A stretch of 62,943 bases of DNA, counting the filler, from Phoronis australis (taxonomy: Eukaryota > Animalia > Phoronida): NCBI GenBank assembly GCA_002633005.1. It is 9 parts of 9 records of this genome, joined end to end, with 100 filler letters (N's around TTAATTAATTAA, not from the genome) between each part and the next. Parts side by side here need not be neighbours in the genome. Positions count along the whole stretch, not along the records: positions 1 to 8,222 come from NMRA01001918.1; positions 8,323 to 39,098 come from NMRA01000146.1; 7 more parts are not named here. One strand, 5' to 3'. This document shows, piece after piece, positions 1-13,083 of the stretch (positions are counted from its first letter, which is position 1; every line of letters starts with the position of its first letter). Made by a program: the position numbers and the translations under genes. A model generated the notes under the pieces. The model had not been told where the DNA came from. It worked only from the letters and a program-made list of their open reading frames with translations, and did not search any database.

Positions 1-274
1 TGAGGTCTGTCACGGGAGCTAGCCAAGGGGGCGCCGGTGTCTGAGCCCGCCATTGATCCACTTACAGCAGGAGAAGCTGAAAGGAAACGGAACACTACAC
101 GCTCAACGAGCGAGACACGGGACTCGAAATATCACAGCTTCTGTTGGTAACCTGACAACATATCAAACTAGCCGGGTGAAATCTAATCATTCATTAAGGC
201 CACACATTCAGTTCTTCAGTAACTTAGTTGAAAAATCCACAAAGACGTGAAGTCAACTGACCCCTGATATCTGA

Positions 275-595
275 ATGCATGTCCTCAGACATGAGAACAA
301 TGTGAAACTAGACAGACCAACAGCCATGGGGGAACATATTTTGGCGGCTGGGCATACCATCTCTATTGCGTCATCCAAAATCCTAGCCAAGAAACAAAAT
401 TGGCATAATCATAAGCTCAAAAAGGTCATAAACATCAACAGTCAGCGCCCCCTCTTGAACCAGGACAGAGGACTCCACTTACGCCCCGTGTACTCCAGCA
501 TTCTTAACGAGCAAAAGGCGGGAAATCCCTCATTCATCGACAAAGACCTGGCAGACCAGATCGAAACGTCTGCTAACAACCAACCACGTCTCTAA
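275..595 (+). mobile_element. Penelope-like retroelement remnant (C-terminal end of GIY-YIG endonuclease), intronic and antisense to the host gene
   Basis: Translation TAMGEHILAAGHTI...KILAKKQNWHNHKLKKVINI...LLNQDRGLHLRPVYSSIL matches the PLE GIY-YIG tail pattern (AxxEH..GH.I...IL..E..W..RK.KEAI.I....LNRD.G..L...Y). No RT domain seen. Confidence 0.75.
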
Positions 596-1197
596 GTAAG
601 AGACCGTTTTATATACTACAATGTGTAACAGTTCAATAAGACCTTCTGACAAGTAGTGTAATATTCTCTGATGAGAACCCAAGGGCATTTACCCCTATCG
701 TTATATGAACAGGAGCACACACTATCATTCAGATATTAAAAAGCAGCTAAACAATGTCAAAGTCGAACAAGTATTACATCTTACTGGTGTACAATGCACT
801 TATGTCTAATGTAAAGTGACAGGACCTACGAGGAAACCCAAAACAGCTAAATAAGCACTTTTAGTCCTAGGAAGAAAAAGGGTAAAAGGTTTACAAAATG
901 GTTCACAGAATGGAAGGAAGCCGTGAGAAAAACGCAAAAATCCTATTTTTCAATCATGGCTAAAGGTTAACCTAATATTACAGAACAGTAAATGTTAATA
1001 ATTCTTAAAGCTTGAACAGGGCTGCATTAGAGTAAGATTCGTGCAAAAAGTGAGACCGTAAAAGTCAAGAACAAAAAGCGAAGCACATGATCACAGCCTA
1101 ACATTACTTGCCAGAGCCAACCGAAAGTCCTATTTTTCTTAATGCGCATCTTCACGGCTACCCAACAGGTATTCGAATATCAAGTGAACATTCTCAC

Positions 1198-1771
1198 CTT
1201 GCATAAGCTCCACCAGCTGGTCAGCCAGATCACACGCGGTCAGCATGTCCACCTTAACACCGGTCACTCTCTCGGGGGTCACGTCAATGCAGTCTACATC
1301 GCCCGTCTCGTTCTGGTGAAGCATTTCAAACACGGCTGTCTGAGCAACATCCACCTTCGAGCGCAACGCCTCACTGAGTAGTCTCCCTTGTGCCAACTGA
1401 TTAAAAACACTGGTATCATCACCAGGTGGCGGGCGAGTAACGTTCGCCTCTGTTGCCGGCAACTCCCTGATGGACTGCTTGCCGGGTTTCAACATTACCT
1501 TCTCTGCACGCTCCCCTGCCATGTTTTGCAAGATGGCCGACACGCCCTCCTGTCCCTCGACACCACGCTCCGACTCCGGTGGTATCGTGCTGCCGCCACC
1601 ACGCGACAGCGCATCACCCTCCTGCCTCAACCTGGCTACGGTCGCTCGACTGTCGTCCAACTGTCGCTTGAGAACGTCTCGCTCCTGTTCCATATTTGCA
1701 TCCTTTATGAACCGGATACGCAAATCCTCCTTAAGATGAGTTACTTCCTCTTGTGCATTGGCCAACTGTTC
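1198..1771 (-). CDS. PDE4DIP: Myomegalin/CDK5RAP2-like centrosomal coiled-coil protein, internal exon
   Basis: Acceptor ..ttaaag|GAACAG, donor CAAG|gtgaga. Phase-0 join to the upstream exon gives NELK|EQLANAQEEV. Coiled-coil heptads. Confidence 0.7.
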
Positions 1772-2098
1772 CTTTAAGGACAAATTTAAAGCTGCACTCA
1801 TGCAAATCAAATTAAATCAATTTCTGAGCTTACTGTAAACTAATGATGATGTAACGTCTCCATCTCGAAGACTTCTACAGATTGACTGAAGCTGAAGTGC
1901 TTTAGTGTCGGCATTGGCTGGAATTGCAGTCACACGGCTTGTGACACAACTTTGGTTGGTTATGGAACACACTATTTAACACGGCTGTAGTCGTTCTGGG
2001 GACGCGACGTCATCATTAGAATACAGCAAGTCCAGAAATTAATTTATTTGAATTTTTGCATTATGCCACAACCGGATGACTAACGTACAATCCATTAA

Positions 2099-2486
2099 AG
2101 CTGCACTCATTCATTCTTATTTATCTAACTAACATGCATTTCCTCAGTATTAAGCCGCCAAAAAACGAAACTGCACAAAGTCACTTGAGCTCATAAAATC
2201 ATTCTCATAATATTCCTCACCTAATTTTCCAACAAGAATATCAAAGTCATCAGTTAGCCAAGTCCAAAATTTCAAAATTAAAAAATGGCGCACGCGCATA
2301 TTGTCCGTGACTGAGTTACTGGATCATTCGGCAATAAATCAAGATGGGATATATGTGGCAATGTCTTAAACCACAGAGTGCTTCTGTTACAAATTCGATA
2401 TTGATAGCAAAACACCGGCAAAATCACCCTTTCATCGATGGATATAAATATGAAGAAATGGAAACGATGATGATTGAGACAGTCCT
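2099..2486. mobile_element. Kolobok-type non-autonomous DNA element (~390 bp)
   Basis: TTAA at 2095-2098 and 2487-2490. Imperfect TIRs AGCTGCACTCATTCAT / (rc) AGGACTGTCTCAATCAT. A second TTAA-AGCTGCACTCAT end lies at 1786-1801. Confidence 0.6.
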
Positions 2487-2840
2487 TTAAAGTTACATAC
2501 AAGCCCTCAGACTCCTTTATACAAAAACAAAACATACAAAACAATTTCATGCAAAATAAATAGTTCCTGTTAAGGCAAATATAATTTTAAAGACAGAAAC
2601 AAACATGAACGACACGAAAGGTCAAATGTGCTACAATAACAGAGGGCATCAAAAACAACTCTTTAGCCAACTGAAAACATGGCGTCGTTTTAGTCAGCAA
2701 GCTATGTCACACAAAATCAGTGTCAATAGTTTTGAGTTTCTAAAGAACATCATCTCTTGATATCTTCAATGCAATGAGGAAATGCAAAAAGCATACAAAA
2801 CAGCCATGAAAATGTTACGTTACGGAAAATTAAGTATTAC

Positions 2841-4049
2841 CTTTAACTCATTCGTGTCCGTATCTCCGCCATCTTTGCTCCTCAAATCTTGCAGCTGTTC
2901 CTTCAATGAGGCACACTCCCTCTGCAGCTGGTTTTTATTGCTACTCAAACTGTCTAGCTGTTCCTTCAGAGTTGCGCACTCCTCCTGCAACTCATCATTG
3001 CTCCTGCTCAAGCCAGCTAGCCGTTCCTGCAATAGTTCGTTCTCCCTCTGAACCCTGTCGATATTCCCATCCTGCCCAACGGCGGCAAAACTGCCAAGCC
3101 CCGGCATGGCTGACAATTGTCCTGACCCTCGGCGACTACTAAGCGGACTAGCAAATCCAAGGCGTTCTGCTTCGCTGCCAAACCGTATCCTTCGTTGTAG
3201 TGCCTTGATGACCCTCTGGTTCCGTTCCAATTGGTCCTGCAATTGGCCAATCTGTTCCTTCAATGTCCGAGAATCATCAGTATCGCCAAACTCGCTGAAC
3301 ACACGGGCACCCAGGTTCCCACGAAGCGGGGGGCTCAATGGTCCAACCAACAGGTTATCCGTCGACGCCGACAACCGCGACTTCCTCAAGGGCGATGCGG
3401 GCGCACCAGCAAGGTTCGAGTCACTGCGCCACCTGTGAGGCGTGTGTGGCATCAGCCCAGCATCCTCTAACAGACCCCTGTAGTACTTCATCTTGTCTGC
3501 TTGCGCTCGCACCGTCGCCTCTGTTGCCGCCACCTTATTGACCAGCTGCTTGTTCCGATGGCGCAAGTCTTGCAGCTGAGAGTGCAAGTCGACACCACCA
3601 TCAACACTATAAGCACCAACACCACGACTCTTTGCTGCAGTAGATGTCAGTCCACCACCAGCACCTGCAGTACCCTGTTTTTGCCCCTGGGATTGTTTTT
3701 TCAATGTAGGTATACGCGTCTGCCTCAGTGCTCCATCACTTCCTGTCCTCCCTGTTCCTTCACCCTTAGTCCCGCGTCCCAATTTCTCACGGTTACTGTC
3801 CAGCTCTTTCCTAAGCCTTTCAATCTCCGTCGCCATCTGCATGACCAGTTCCGGGTTGAAGCCTTCAGGTGTTGCTGCTGTCTGCGCATTCAATTGCTGC
3901 GTGAGCTGGTCGCAGGTTTTCTCGGAACTCTCCAGTTGCTGACGCAGTCTCGCCAACTCATTCTCAACATCATTTGTTGTTGAGGGCTCTCGCATCTTAT
4001 CTCGGAGTTCAACATTCTCTTTCTCCTTAGCGTTGACCTTCTCGTTGGC
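2841..4049 (-). CDS. PDE4DIP: Myomegalin/CDK5RAP2-like protein, large internal exon (403 codons)
   Basis: Acceptor ttaccag|GCC, donor AAG|gtaata. Motifs RNKQLVNKVAATEATVRAQADKMKYYR and LQDQLERNQRVIKALQRRIR resemble conserved PDE4DIP/CDK5RAP2 segments (recalled: EATVxAQ..L.KYR; KAQL....VI.NL..RVR). Confidence 0.75.
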
Positions 4050-5239
4050 CTGGTAAAATTTGACCATGGTATAAGGAAACAATCATAGCTAAGGCAGTTA
4101 GTGATAATGCTTTGGCACTTATAGAACTCATAAACAATCTTTATCATAATTCACACAGTTCGAACTTGACATTCAAAGGATACCAAACCCTGTTTTGGTG
4201 ATTTCAACCAATTTTCATCCCTTGCCCTGCCAATGCACCATTGATGTCTCAAGGATTGATAAAAACACATACACATTGAGTTACAGAATGGATATTACCG
4301 TTGTTGGTGATGATCTTTCCCTTCAGTTGTACGTAAATTGCACCAAGTTTAAGACATGCTGGCCAATTTAGCAGACGTTATACGGAGTTTTCAAAATTTG
4401 TTTCAAACGTCTGAGGGTAGGAGGGCTATCTTTTGTGCCTAACATTTGCATGGGTGAGTCGTTCATATTTGATAACAGGCCAAAACTGGGTTTGGTATCA
4501 CTTCAAGCTATCATCATGACGATTTCAACGTGAAATCACAAATTTCAAGACGTTAACATCAACAACATTGAGCAAGCTACGTGATATATTACAAATTATT
4601 GCTGATAAACACAGAGTCATCCCAACATACAGTGCAAGACAAATCAAGTAGTTAGACAAAATACCAAAATACCATTTCTCTGTCGTGACAGCTAATTCTG
4701 GTAACGTCAAAAAAGACTGGTAATGACAAGTAGAGCGACACCTTTCTAATCTTCTTGTTACTTCCTCTCTATTATCAGTTATGAGGGAAGACTATATTGA
4801 CGATGAATTCGCCTTCTTCTTAACCCTAAAGATGGTAATTCCAGATGATTTTGTCCGAATACTTTTGACTTCAACTGTACATGGTACTTAAGCATAGAGA
4901 GCAAGCCAAAAATAATTGGACAAAATTCAGGTCCCCCCTTTTCTAGTTAGTGACTGTGATTCCATCTGTGGTCAGTTGTTATGGAGACATTAAACGTCCC
5001 TCTGTCCCATTATTTTTAATGTGCACTCTAATAACTTTGCTGAGAAAATATTATATAACAATAAGAAAACATTTCCTTTGGTCTACCAACACCCATATCT
5101 TGCCTATGGTGCGGCGCTTTGGTCGATCATTCCTCCATGTGTAACAGTGCTTTTAAAAGAACAAGCACAGGTATGTGAAACACTCAGTGGTCGATGACAA
5201 GCACTTTCTAGTAAGTCAAAATATCCATCAAAGCCAAAC

Positions 5240-5448
5240 CTGATTTAGTTGTTTTTTCAAGATGGCCACCGTGCCACTGGAGACTGCTTGAGCGCCATCT
5301 GGTGTCAGCAGCAGATCATTCAACTGCTGCTTCAGAATGTCATTTTTCTGTTTCTCGGCGGCAAGCTCCTCCTCTAGGACACGCTGCTTCTCGTCCCATT
5401 TATTAGGAGAAGTCGTTGAAGCATTTGACTTCTCATGACCATCTTTAT
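5240..5448 (-). CDS. PDE4DIP: Myomegalin/CDK5RAP2-like protein, internal exon
   Basis: ttgcag|AT...CAG|gtttgg. Open frame DKDGHEKSNAS...WDEKQRVLEEELAAEKQKNDILKQQLN...LKKQLNQ, phase-compatible with both neighbours. Confidence 0.75.
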
Positions 5449-5489
5449 CTGCAATGATATGGCTGGCATTAAGAATATTGAAAGATTAT

Positions 5490-6035
5490 TAGAGTAAAGA
5501 TATTAGCAGTAGCAATGTTATAGCAGTTGTAGTTGAAATAGGAGTTTGTGGTAATCACATGGGCAAAGTAGTTTTAATAGTTGTCAACGAGTAGTACGGC
5601 TAGTACAAGTCCTACTGGGGCACACTGCTAGACCCTTGAGTCGGGTCTCTCGCTCCTCTGCTCAGTTTTAACTGTATATTAATAAAGCATAAAATGATTC
5701 CAGGTAATCAGTGCAATGGGCCCACCTGAGGGACCTGCGCACGTCTGCTACAGCGTATACAAGACCTGTGGCAATTACTTTACTAGTACAAGTACCACTC
5801 GTGCTAGTAAACATAGTAACAGACAGTGTCGTTAGTACGAAATAGTAAACAAACTAGTAAGATCAGCATCAGTAGAAGAAGTAAAGAGGTAGCGACAACA
5901 AGTGTAATAATTACTGCAGCAGCAAACAGTAGCACTAGTACCAGAAACCAGTAACAGGCAGTAATAGTTAGTACACGTAGGAACCAGCAGTACCCGAGTA
6001 CTAGTATTAGTATAAACTTTCCCTGCACTAGCTTC
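5490..6035. repeat. Degenerate (AGT/AGC)n low-complexity tract, interrupted around 5610-5780
   Basis: Repeated agtagt/agcagt/actagt triplets. These explain the spurious hydrophobic ORF 5804-6037. Confidence 0.6.
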
Positions 6036-6436
6036 AACTGATGAGGTAAGGCTCAGTTAATGGATTCAAAACCTCAACATCTAGCGGAAGTTGTTTAAAG
6101 TAAAGGTTGATATAATTTAATCAGAGACTTCTTCCTACAGTGGTCAGATACTCTTGTAACCACGTGTAGTTTTAGTTATGGCTCAAGATGAGACAAGAAC
6201 AGTCTCCAGATACAGCTGTCATTTGACTCATAACTTGTCTTATATCTCATGGCCGTCTGCTTATTGTTGCGCTCTAAACGACCGTCGACGATACGCAAAA
6301 CTCGAACGAATACGATTGAAAATTATTTATCGCGAGCATTGCTGTATGTTTAACAAATGTCTACAATCAGGTTCTTACAATGATTCAACACCAGCTGGTG
6401 TCAGTCTTTCAGCCACACAGACTATGGATCACTCAC

Positions 6437-6515
6437 CAAAATCATTCGCTGGTGCCCCAGTGGGCGTGTACCTAAAGATGACTGACAGTCTGGCTGATTC
6501 AGGATACAGAGCCAT
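6437..6515 (-). CDS. Candidate alternative first coding exon of the myomegalin-like gene
   Basis: gccATGg Kozak context, 26 codons plus 1 nt (MALYPESARLSVIFRYTPTGAPANDF), consensus donor G|GTGAGT. Phase 1 matches the exon starting at 5448. Confidence 0.4.
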
Positions 6516-8108
6516 GGCACTACACAAGTATAGTAAGAAGGACTACACCTCCAGTACAGACATCTCCTCAGGCAACAGAGACACTCCTATGCAGAATACT
6601 AACTGTTGAGTACTATAAATCTTACGCACACTATCCTCCAAAATTTGGTTCAAGCCAAGATGTATGACAATGAACAGAACTCAGTCATTGGCACCATAGC
6701 TGCCAAAAAGACCAGCAATGGAATGATTATTTTCAGGCACAGTGGGTTATTAGAATGAAAATCCCAATTGCTGTGCTGTTCAAAAAATTAGAACACACAT
6801 ATATAAAAGAAAAAACAAGGCAGTATTTTGTCTTGCTCACTGAATTTAATAAAAATGAGGGTCAAAACATCCTTTAAGCTGTTTCACTCAATGGGAAAAC
6901 TATATTTATTTTTGAACATTTGCAACTTATATATGCATTTACTACGTATTCCATATTTACACTGGTTATTTTTCCCACACAAATTGAATATCTGTCAGTT
7001 ATGACCTACACACAGCCTTGCTAGTACGTCGTTATCAGTGTGGTGATAACAACAGGTAGACAAGTATACAGGCTGTAATGATGCCCTGAGATAACATTGA
7101 TTGATTCCCTGTGAAGAGGTAAGCAACAGAGAGCAGATGTCCCTGACACCTGAAACTAGGTCAGATCTGATTAGCGCCACCAATGAGCCTTAGAAGAAAC
7201 TAAGCCAGAATGAAAAATGGTGTTCTCAGACAAATATGACAGGATTGTTAATATGGAGATGACAGATGTATTTTAAGAAGCCAAACCAGGTCACCAACAT
7301 CTAACACTACTAAGATGGAGCAGTTACGAGAATGACATAATTACTGAAAACTGGTGTTCTCACAAAACTCTGACAGATAATTTATAAGGAGATAATGTAT
7401 CTTACGCAGATGTTGCAAACAATCAAGCAGACATCACAAGCAGACGACATTTTAAAATGGCTCAACAGAGCCTGCACCAGCCAATAACAGAAGACAATTT
7501 CAAACCGTGCCCAATTCACAGCTTCAGGCATAAAGCAGGTGATAAATTAAAATTAGAAATAGGTCAACAANNNCCCCCCACCCCCAGCAATCCCCCCAAA
7601 CACAGATTTTTTTACAAAAAGATGCATAGATCAAGATGTTTTTACACCTAACAACATACTGTAGTGAGCATTTTTACTAAAAACTGTAGACCAAGACTTT
7701 TACAATGCTATGAACCAAGTGTGAGCATAGCAACATTTTATATACTTTGTATATACATTGCACATTTCTTCCTGCTTTGAAAAAGAGCCCCCACTGTGAG
7801 TCTTCAGAGGCTTCCTAGTATTCATTACAATGTGTGAGTCAAAACTTGAAAGGTTCCTATTGACAGTGGGCCTTCAAATGATACATTGGACATCCTTGCC
7901 AGGGCGTCCAAATTAGTGCTAGGGTACAGTGCAGGAGGTACGCTGCATAAAGGCCTGGCGAGAATCTTACAAAAATGCAAGAACACGTAAGACTTCGCGA
8001 GATATCGCCATCATGAATTAAAAGTGAAGCACACAATCACACTAGCTTCCTTTAACAATATGCAATAACTGGCTATGCAGTTCATCTATGACTAAGGCAA
8101 ACACTCAC

Positions 8109-8196
8109 CCTCTAGTTGCCCATCTGTTCTGTCATCTCGGATCGGTTTCGCCATCTGCCTCCCGGTGTCACCACCTCCTTGCATATGCTCTTCACC
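8109..8196 (-). CDS. PDE4DIP: Myomegalin/CDK5RAP2-like protein, upstream exon (gene truncated by contig end)
   Basis: ttttcag|GGT...GAGG|gtgagt. Translation GEEHMQGGGDTGRQMAKPIRDDRTDGQLE; phase 1 joins the exon at 5448. Confidence 0.6.
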
Positions 8197-8222
8197 CTGA
8201 AAACAAATACTGATGAGTGAGC

Positions 8223-8322
8223 NNNNNNNNNNNNNNNNNNNNNNNNNNNNNNNNNNNNNNNNNNNNTTAATTAATTAANNNNNNNNNNNNNNNNNNNNNN
8301 NNNNNNNNNNNNNNNNNNNNNN
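8223..8322. other. Artificial contig linker N44-TTAATTAATTAA-N44; identical linkers at 39099-39198, 42998-43097, 46816-46915, 49970-50069, 52722-52821, 55963-56062, 59022-59121
   Basis: Identical 100-bp pattern occurs 8 times. The core has stop codons in all six frames, and genes are cut mid-intron or mid-exon at these points. Confidence 0.97.
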
Positions 8323-8799
8323 AACTGGTGGGGATAACATCACCGAACGATGTTGATAGAAACTGATTGCTAAAAACTTACCAAGTAATGTTGTGTAGTC
8401 TCCGAATGGAACTGCATAGTCATAGACATAGTCATAGAGAGCACACACGGGGCTTCAGCATCCACACACTTTTTGTCAGTTAGTTGACCCTGTTGACCAC
8501 AATTGTCCACGAATATAGTAACCTTAGGTCTTTTGGGAATTTGTGGCCACCTGTCGAAGACTTGCACCAGGGAAATTAGCAGAAATAAGGCTTAGCGCGA
8601 CGACGTATTTTGATAAAAATTCCATCTTTTACCCGTTGTTTACATGCAGACAGCCACGCATGCGCAATTTAATCACCACTAGTACAGCAGCGACACCGCG
8701 AGGAGAATTCTCCGAATAGCCCCATTATTCCGGCGCGCGTGACCATAAGACCTAGACATTTTATTCAAAAACTTGTTGTGAACTTAGAGTAGCGTTGAC

Positions 8800-9483
8800 T
8801 GGATAATGGTATCAGTCATTTTGCTCTATTCTGGGCAACCTGGATCCCAAAACGTGGCCGATGGGATCCGGGATTCAAACATAGCGATCACGAAGTCAGG
8901 CGCATTCGCGATCGGCTTGGGCTGGTTGCCACAACGGCAATCAGAGGAATGCGTCAGTTCGTAGAAATGGAGGAGACGGTTCAGTATAGTAGAGGACCTA
9001 CTAAGTGCCCTGCGGTAACTGGACCTCTGCATCAAGACTCTACCTTACAGTACAGCTGAATTTGAACGGTGATTCAGCGAAATGAATCGGAAAGTTAACA
9101 GATCAAGAATGGTCTTGTTTAATAGTGGAAACTACTTCCAGCTCGCTGTTTGGCAAGGTCAATAATCATCCGCTGTCCATGTGCGACGCACAACCTTATA
9201 CCGAAACGTGGATGATTCGTCAACACGAAACTGTTGACAGTTCTCAGTCCAGATAATCATGTAACTTGGGAAAGAACAAGACTGCCGACAAAAAGTTTTT
9301 GGAGGATTCTGTAACTATTATATAAAACACTCTATCTTCGGAATGGTCAGGGTGGCTCCGTGGTCAGCGGACCTTTCTGGTCCTTCACGGAGTCTCCATA
9401 AGCGTAAATTTGTATCAACTGTATTTTTTGGTTTTTGACTTAAAGTGAATAAAGTGTATTACTACTACTACTACTACTACTAC
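8800..9483 (+). mobile_element. 3' end of a LINE (CR1/L2-like)
   Basis: Stem-loop GGCTCCGTG..GGACC..GGTCC..CACGGAGTC (~9355-9394), then AATAAA and a (TAC)n tail ending at ~9483. The 5' boundary is approximate. Confidence 0.5.
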
Positions 9484-12274
9484 CGGGTATTTTACTAACT
9501 TTAGAATTAAATGGAAAAAATAGTAACAGAATGCTTGCAAGAAAACCCTACATCAAGTCTGTGCATCATATATGAGTGCACGCACATGTGCACATTGCAT
9601 GGGGTACAAAAATGTAGTGCTTGAATCTTATTGAAACATCGGTGCTTGTGTAACACGTGTTTGTGTAGTTAGTCTCCCAAGCGGACTATTTTCGGCTCGC
9701 CGAGTAATGACATTTTAGATTAATATTTGAACGTAAACTAACACTTATGATGTCATACCATAGGCACAAAATGGCACCTAAGGGCATAGGGACATACCCC
9801 ACGGGCGGTCAAAAAAGCCTCCAGCTTATCGTTTTTGGTATTACGACCCTATTTTCCTTTAAAATTGCGTTTGTCTCCCTTTTCAGAGACCGCGTGCAAT
9901 GGACGCAGAGCTTTGCCTCCTTATATGTGTGACTGGGGCCTTTCTGCGACATGCAAGATTTGCCACAGCAGACTCGAAGTAAATACTCACTCGTCAGTCA
10001 AAAATAGGTCTATAGGTTTGTGAGACAGGTTTTGTGAATTCAATGCACTTTTAAACAGTAAAATTTACTAATGTGGTAACATTGTTATGTTTTATTTCCA
10101 TAATCCTTTCAAAGAACATTTAGGTACCGCGGTCTTTGACCCATGTTTACATCATCACCGAGGAGACCATTGTCAAATAATCGATAGAAGACATTAGCAG
10201 AAACGTAAATGTAGTACCGAAATACCGAAAGAAGTAAATTAAATACCATGGTTAACATACAGAGTATTTACAATGTAAATTGTTAAACCATTGGCACAAC
10301 TCTTGAGATTTTATAGCACGATTTTGCTTACACAACTGTTAAGAAACAGTAATAAAATTAGACTGATCGGAGAGTGGATGGCTGAGGCACAGTGTTCGAA
10401 CTTCAACAAACAAATGTGCTGGCTCACCCTGACAGTTGGTCAGAAAAGTTACTGGCCAAGTTACTGGCCCTACTTTAAACATCCTAATTACATTATCTCA
10501 ATCTTTTCCATTTACACGAAATGTAAACGTACTTGAGAACCCTGCTCTTTGTTTTCAGTGTCATTAACTCTAGGTGAGGGACTAAAAAGAAAACTCGTCG
10601 TTCAAAAGGCAAACAAAATTAGTCAAATACATCTTTTTGAATTCATTGAATTTGAAACCGAATCCACATACAGTGGGTTCGGCCGGTGACTTTTAAAAGT
10701 TAGGGCCTGGCCGCAAATGAGCTGGCCCCGAGCCACCGGGTCAGCTTGTAATTCGAACGCTGCTGATGAAGTGCATACCTATCCAATAAGTCAACATGAG
10801 TTCCAACTGCAAAAATGAGACGAAAAAATAATCTCCTCTTTTAGAAGAAATCTATAACTTGTGTACACAAAACTTACAGAATTCTCATTTAATTTTGCTG
10901 AAGAACTAACATACAATTTAACAAGGGCAGATTTGGTCGTTAAAAATGTCCATTTGCCATTGCTTGTCGTAATAACAGAGATAACTGAAGTATTATACAG
11001 TACATGCAGACTGTTTTGATACATCGAAGTTATTTATTACAGTATTATTAATATTGAACCTGACTACTTCAATCACTGCCCGTCAGATGTTCAATGTCCA
11101 ATAATACTAGGACCATCTTTTACTTTGAGTTGATACCAGGGCGCGGTTCCGTGGCATTTGTAATAGCGACGGAAACATAATTTATAAGCAATCCTTTCAC
11201 TGGGACTCCAGTTCTCATATCAGTCGGAGATTCACGACATGTCTAGAATCGATTGGTATTTCAGACTCAAATTTAAATAAGGTCGAAAAAATGTGAAGCA
11301 AGCGAAAACAGAGGACTTCTGAACAGCAGTGTGTTCAACTCGTCTTAAAAACGGTATGTAACGGCCAAATGACTTTTGAACGTGTTAAATATATCATTAT
11401 ATGTAAGGTATCATTGATCAACATAAACATATCATCTCTTCGTTTATCCCTGACATTAATTACGCCAATTACTATCGTACGACTCATCACGAACTTCATT
11501 TAGCACCGAAAAAGCTTTTGGTTGCGCTCGTAGTAAACGACAGAAATGACATAATCGGTTTGACCTGAGACGCTTATGTACAGCCCGTTGCCACAGGAAA
11601 CTTACCTTACAGTGAGGTATACATATTTCAAATCACAGAATTTCAAAATTACATCTGTTAGAGATTACGAAGTTAAAATATTACGACACGTACTTCGTCA
11701 CTTCTATTTGCATGTAATATCCTACAAGTCGCTGAGCCTCGATAGCCTAGCGTCGCCGAAGTCAGTAGCGCGGTCTCGGTGGTGACCACTTACTCAGTCT
11801 AACATCAAACGCTTACTCACAAAGACATTGTGGCCATTATGTTCGTGCTCTAAACCATTTCATAATAAATCTGTATTTTTAATACAATCATAAAGGGTCA
11901 TGGTGCTTGAATTGGGGGCGTTACACGATAAGTCCTCAAATCTTTCAATAATTTTGCAATTTCAACGTAGAATATTCTTTCTGTGCGCATCAAAGCTAAA
12001 AAAGCATGAGAAAGGACATCCAGTATAGGCACAAGTCCAAACATATCGTGCAAAAGTCAAGAATCAGAGTTTCATCCAACCGGCCAATGGTGTCTTGTAC
12101 AGTGTTTACTTTTCCTCATCTGCACAAACGCTAGGCACGGAACATATCACGTGATCCCAATTATTTATGTATTGTTTTCTTTCTGGCGCGAACACGTAAA
12201 TGCAACTGGTTGCGCCGATAGCACGTATTGGTCGCACAGAAGTGTGCTTGGTTGAGGTTGTGGCAGTAACGAAC

Positions 12275-12587
12275 ATGTCATCTTGCAAAAGTCACTCGTT
12301 CGTTGTCGTATTATGCATGTACAGTATCGTAGCCTTGTCCACGCAGGAAAGCATTCAGGGACTATTTTCTCAGACAAGGTCCTACGTTGGTCACAGAATC
12401 CTCCCGAGTTTCGTGGACGGAGTATACAAAAGTTCTTTCCTGACGCGGTGTCTGTCCCTGTGCTTATCAAAGCAATGCTCATTCGTGAGTTTCAGCAGTC
12501 AGCACCAGACTTGTGAAATAAGTAGGAACAAGTGGCTGTCGACATATAAGACAGTGGACACCTGCTGGCTCGTATTCACGTCCACAG
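12275..12587 (+). CDS. Secreted PAN/Apple-like + uncharacterised domain protein, exon 1
   Basis: ATG at 12275, hydrophobic signal-like stretch (HSFVVVLCMYSIVALS), PAN-like C-x3-C pattern CLSLCLSKQCSFVSFSSQHQTCEIS, donor AG|gtaatt (phase 1). Confidence 0.75.
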
Positions 12588-12907
12588 GTAATTGGTCTTC
12601 TTCAAAGTCGAACTTTGATCGCAGTTCAGGTACCAGTGATTAAGTTCCAAGAAACGTGTTGTCTGAACAGGCCGAGAACCCTGCTCAGTAATTACATAGC
12701 AGGGTACTGCAGTTGTACATTGCAAAATTTTCTAGTTTTTTTAAATTGTGTACATGTACATTACTGGCAAGGCAATTTCAATGGCGCTTCCACAGTGAAA
12801 ATGATATTCATATAAGACATAGCTGCAATTGTTAAACAAAATCCTGTAGAAAATCTCAAAGAAATTTATCAAACATTCCGAATATTTGTGTATATATTAT
12901 CTTGTAG

Positions 12908-13083
12908 ACGCCTGGGAACTTGTATTCAAAGGAAGCAGCGCAAACAAGAGAAGTGTGTATGACCTCTGGGCGGGGTCAACATTCACAGCTCAGCCTGGGG
13001 CGGATGTATACGAAATGGCGCCGTCAGCGGAACACTATAAAAATCCTCTTGTAGAGAACTGGGACAACCTTGGGGTGTATGAG
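12908..13083 (+). CDS. Same gene, exon 2
   Basis: cttgtag|AC...GAG|gtacag. Translation DAWELVFKGSSANKRSVYDLW...HYKNPLVENWDNLGVYE. Confidence 0.8.

Noticed and set aside
1142-3983. Overlapping plus-strand ORFs
   Set aside because: Antisense shadows of the minus-strand coiled-coil exons, with no recognisable motifs.
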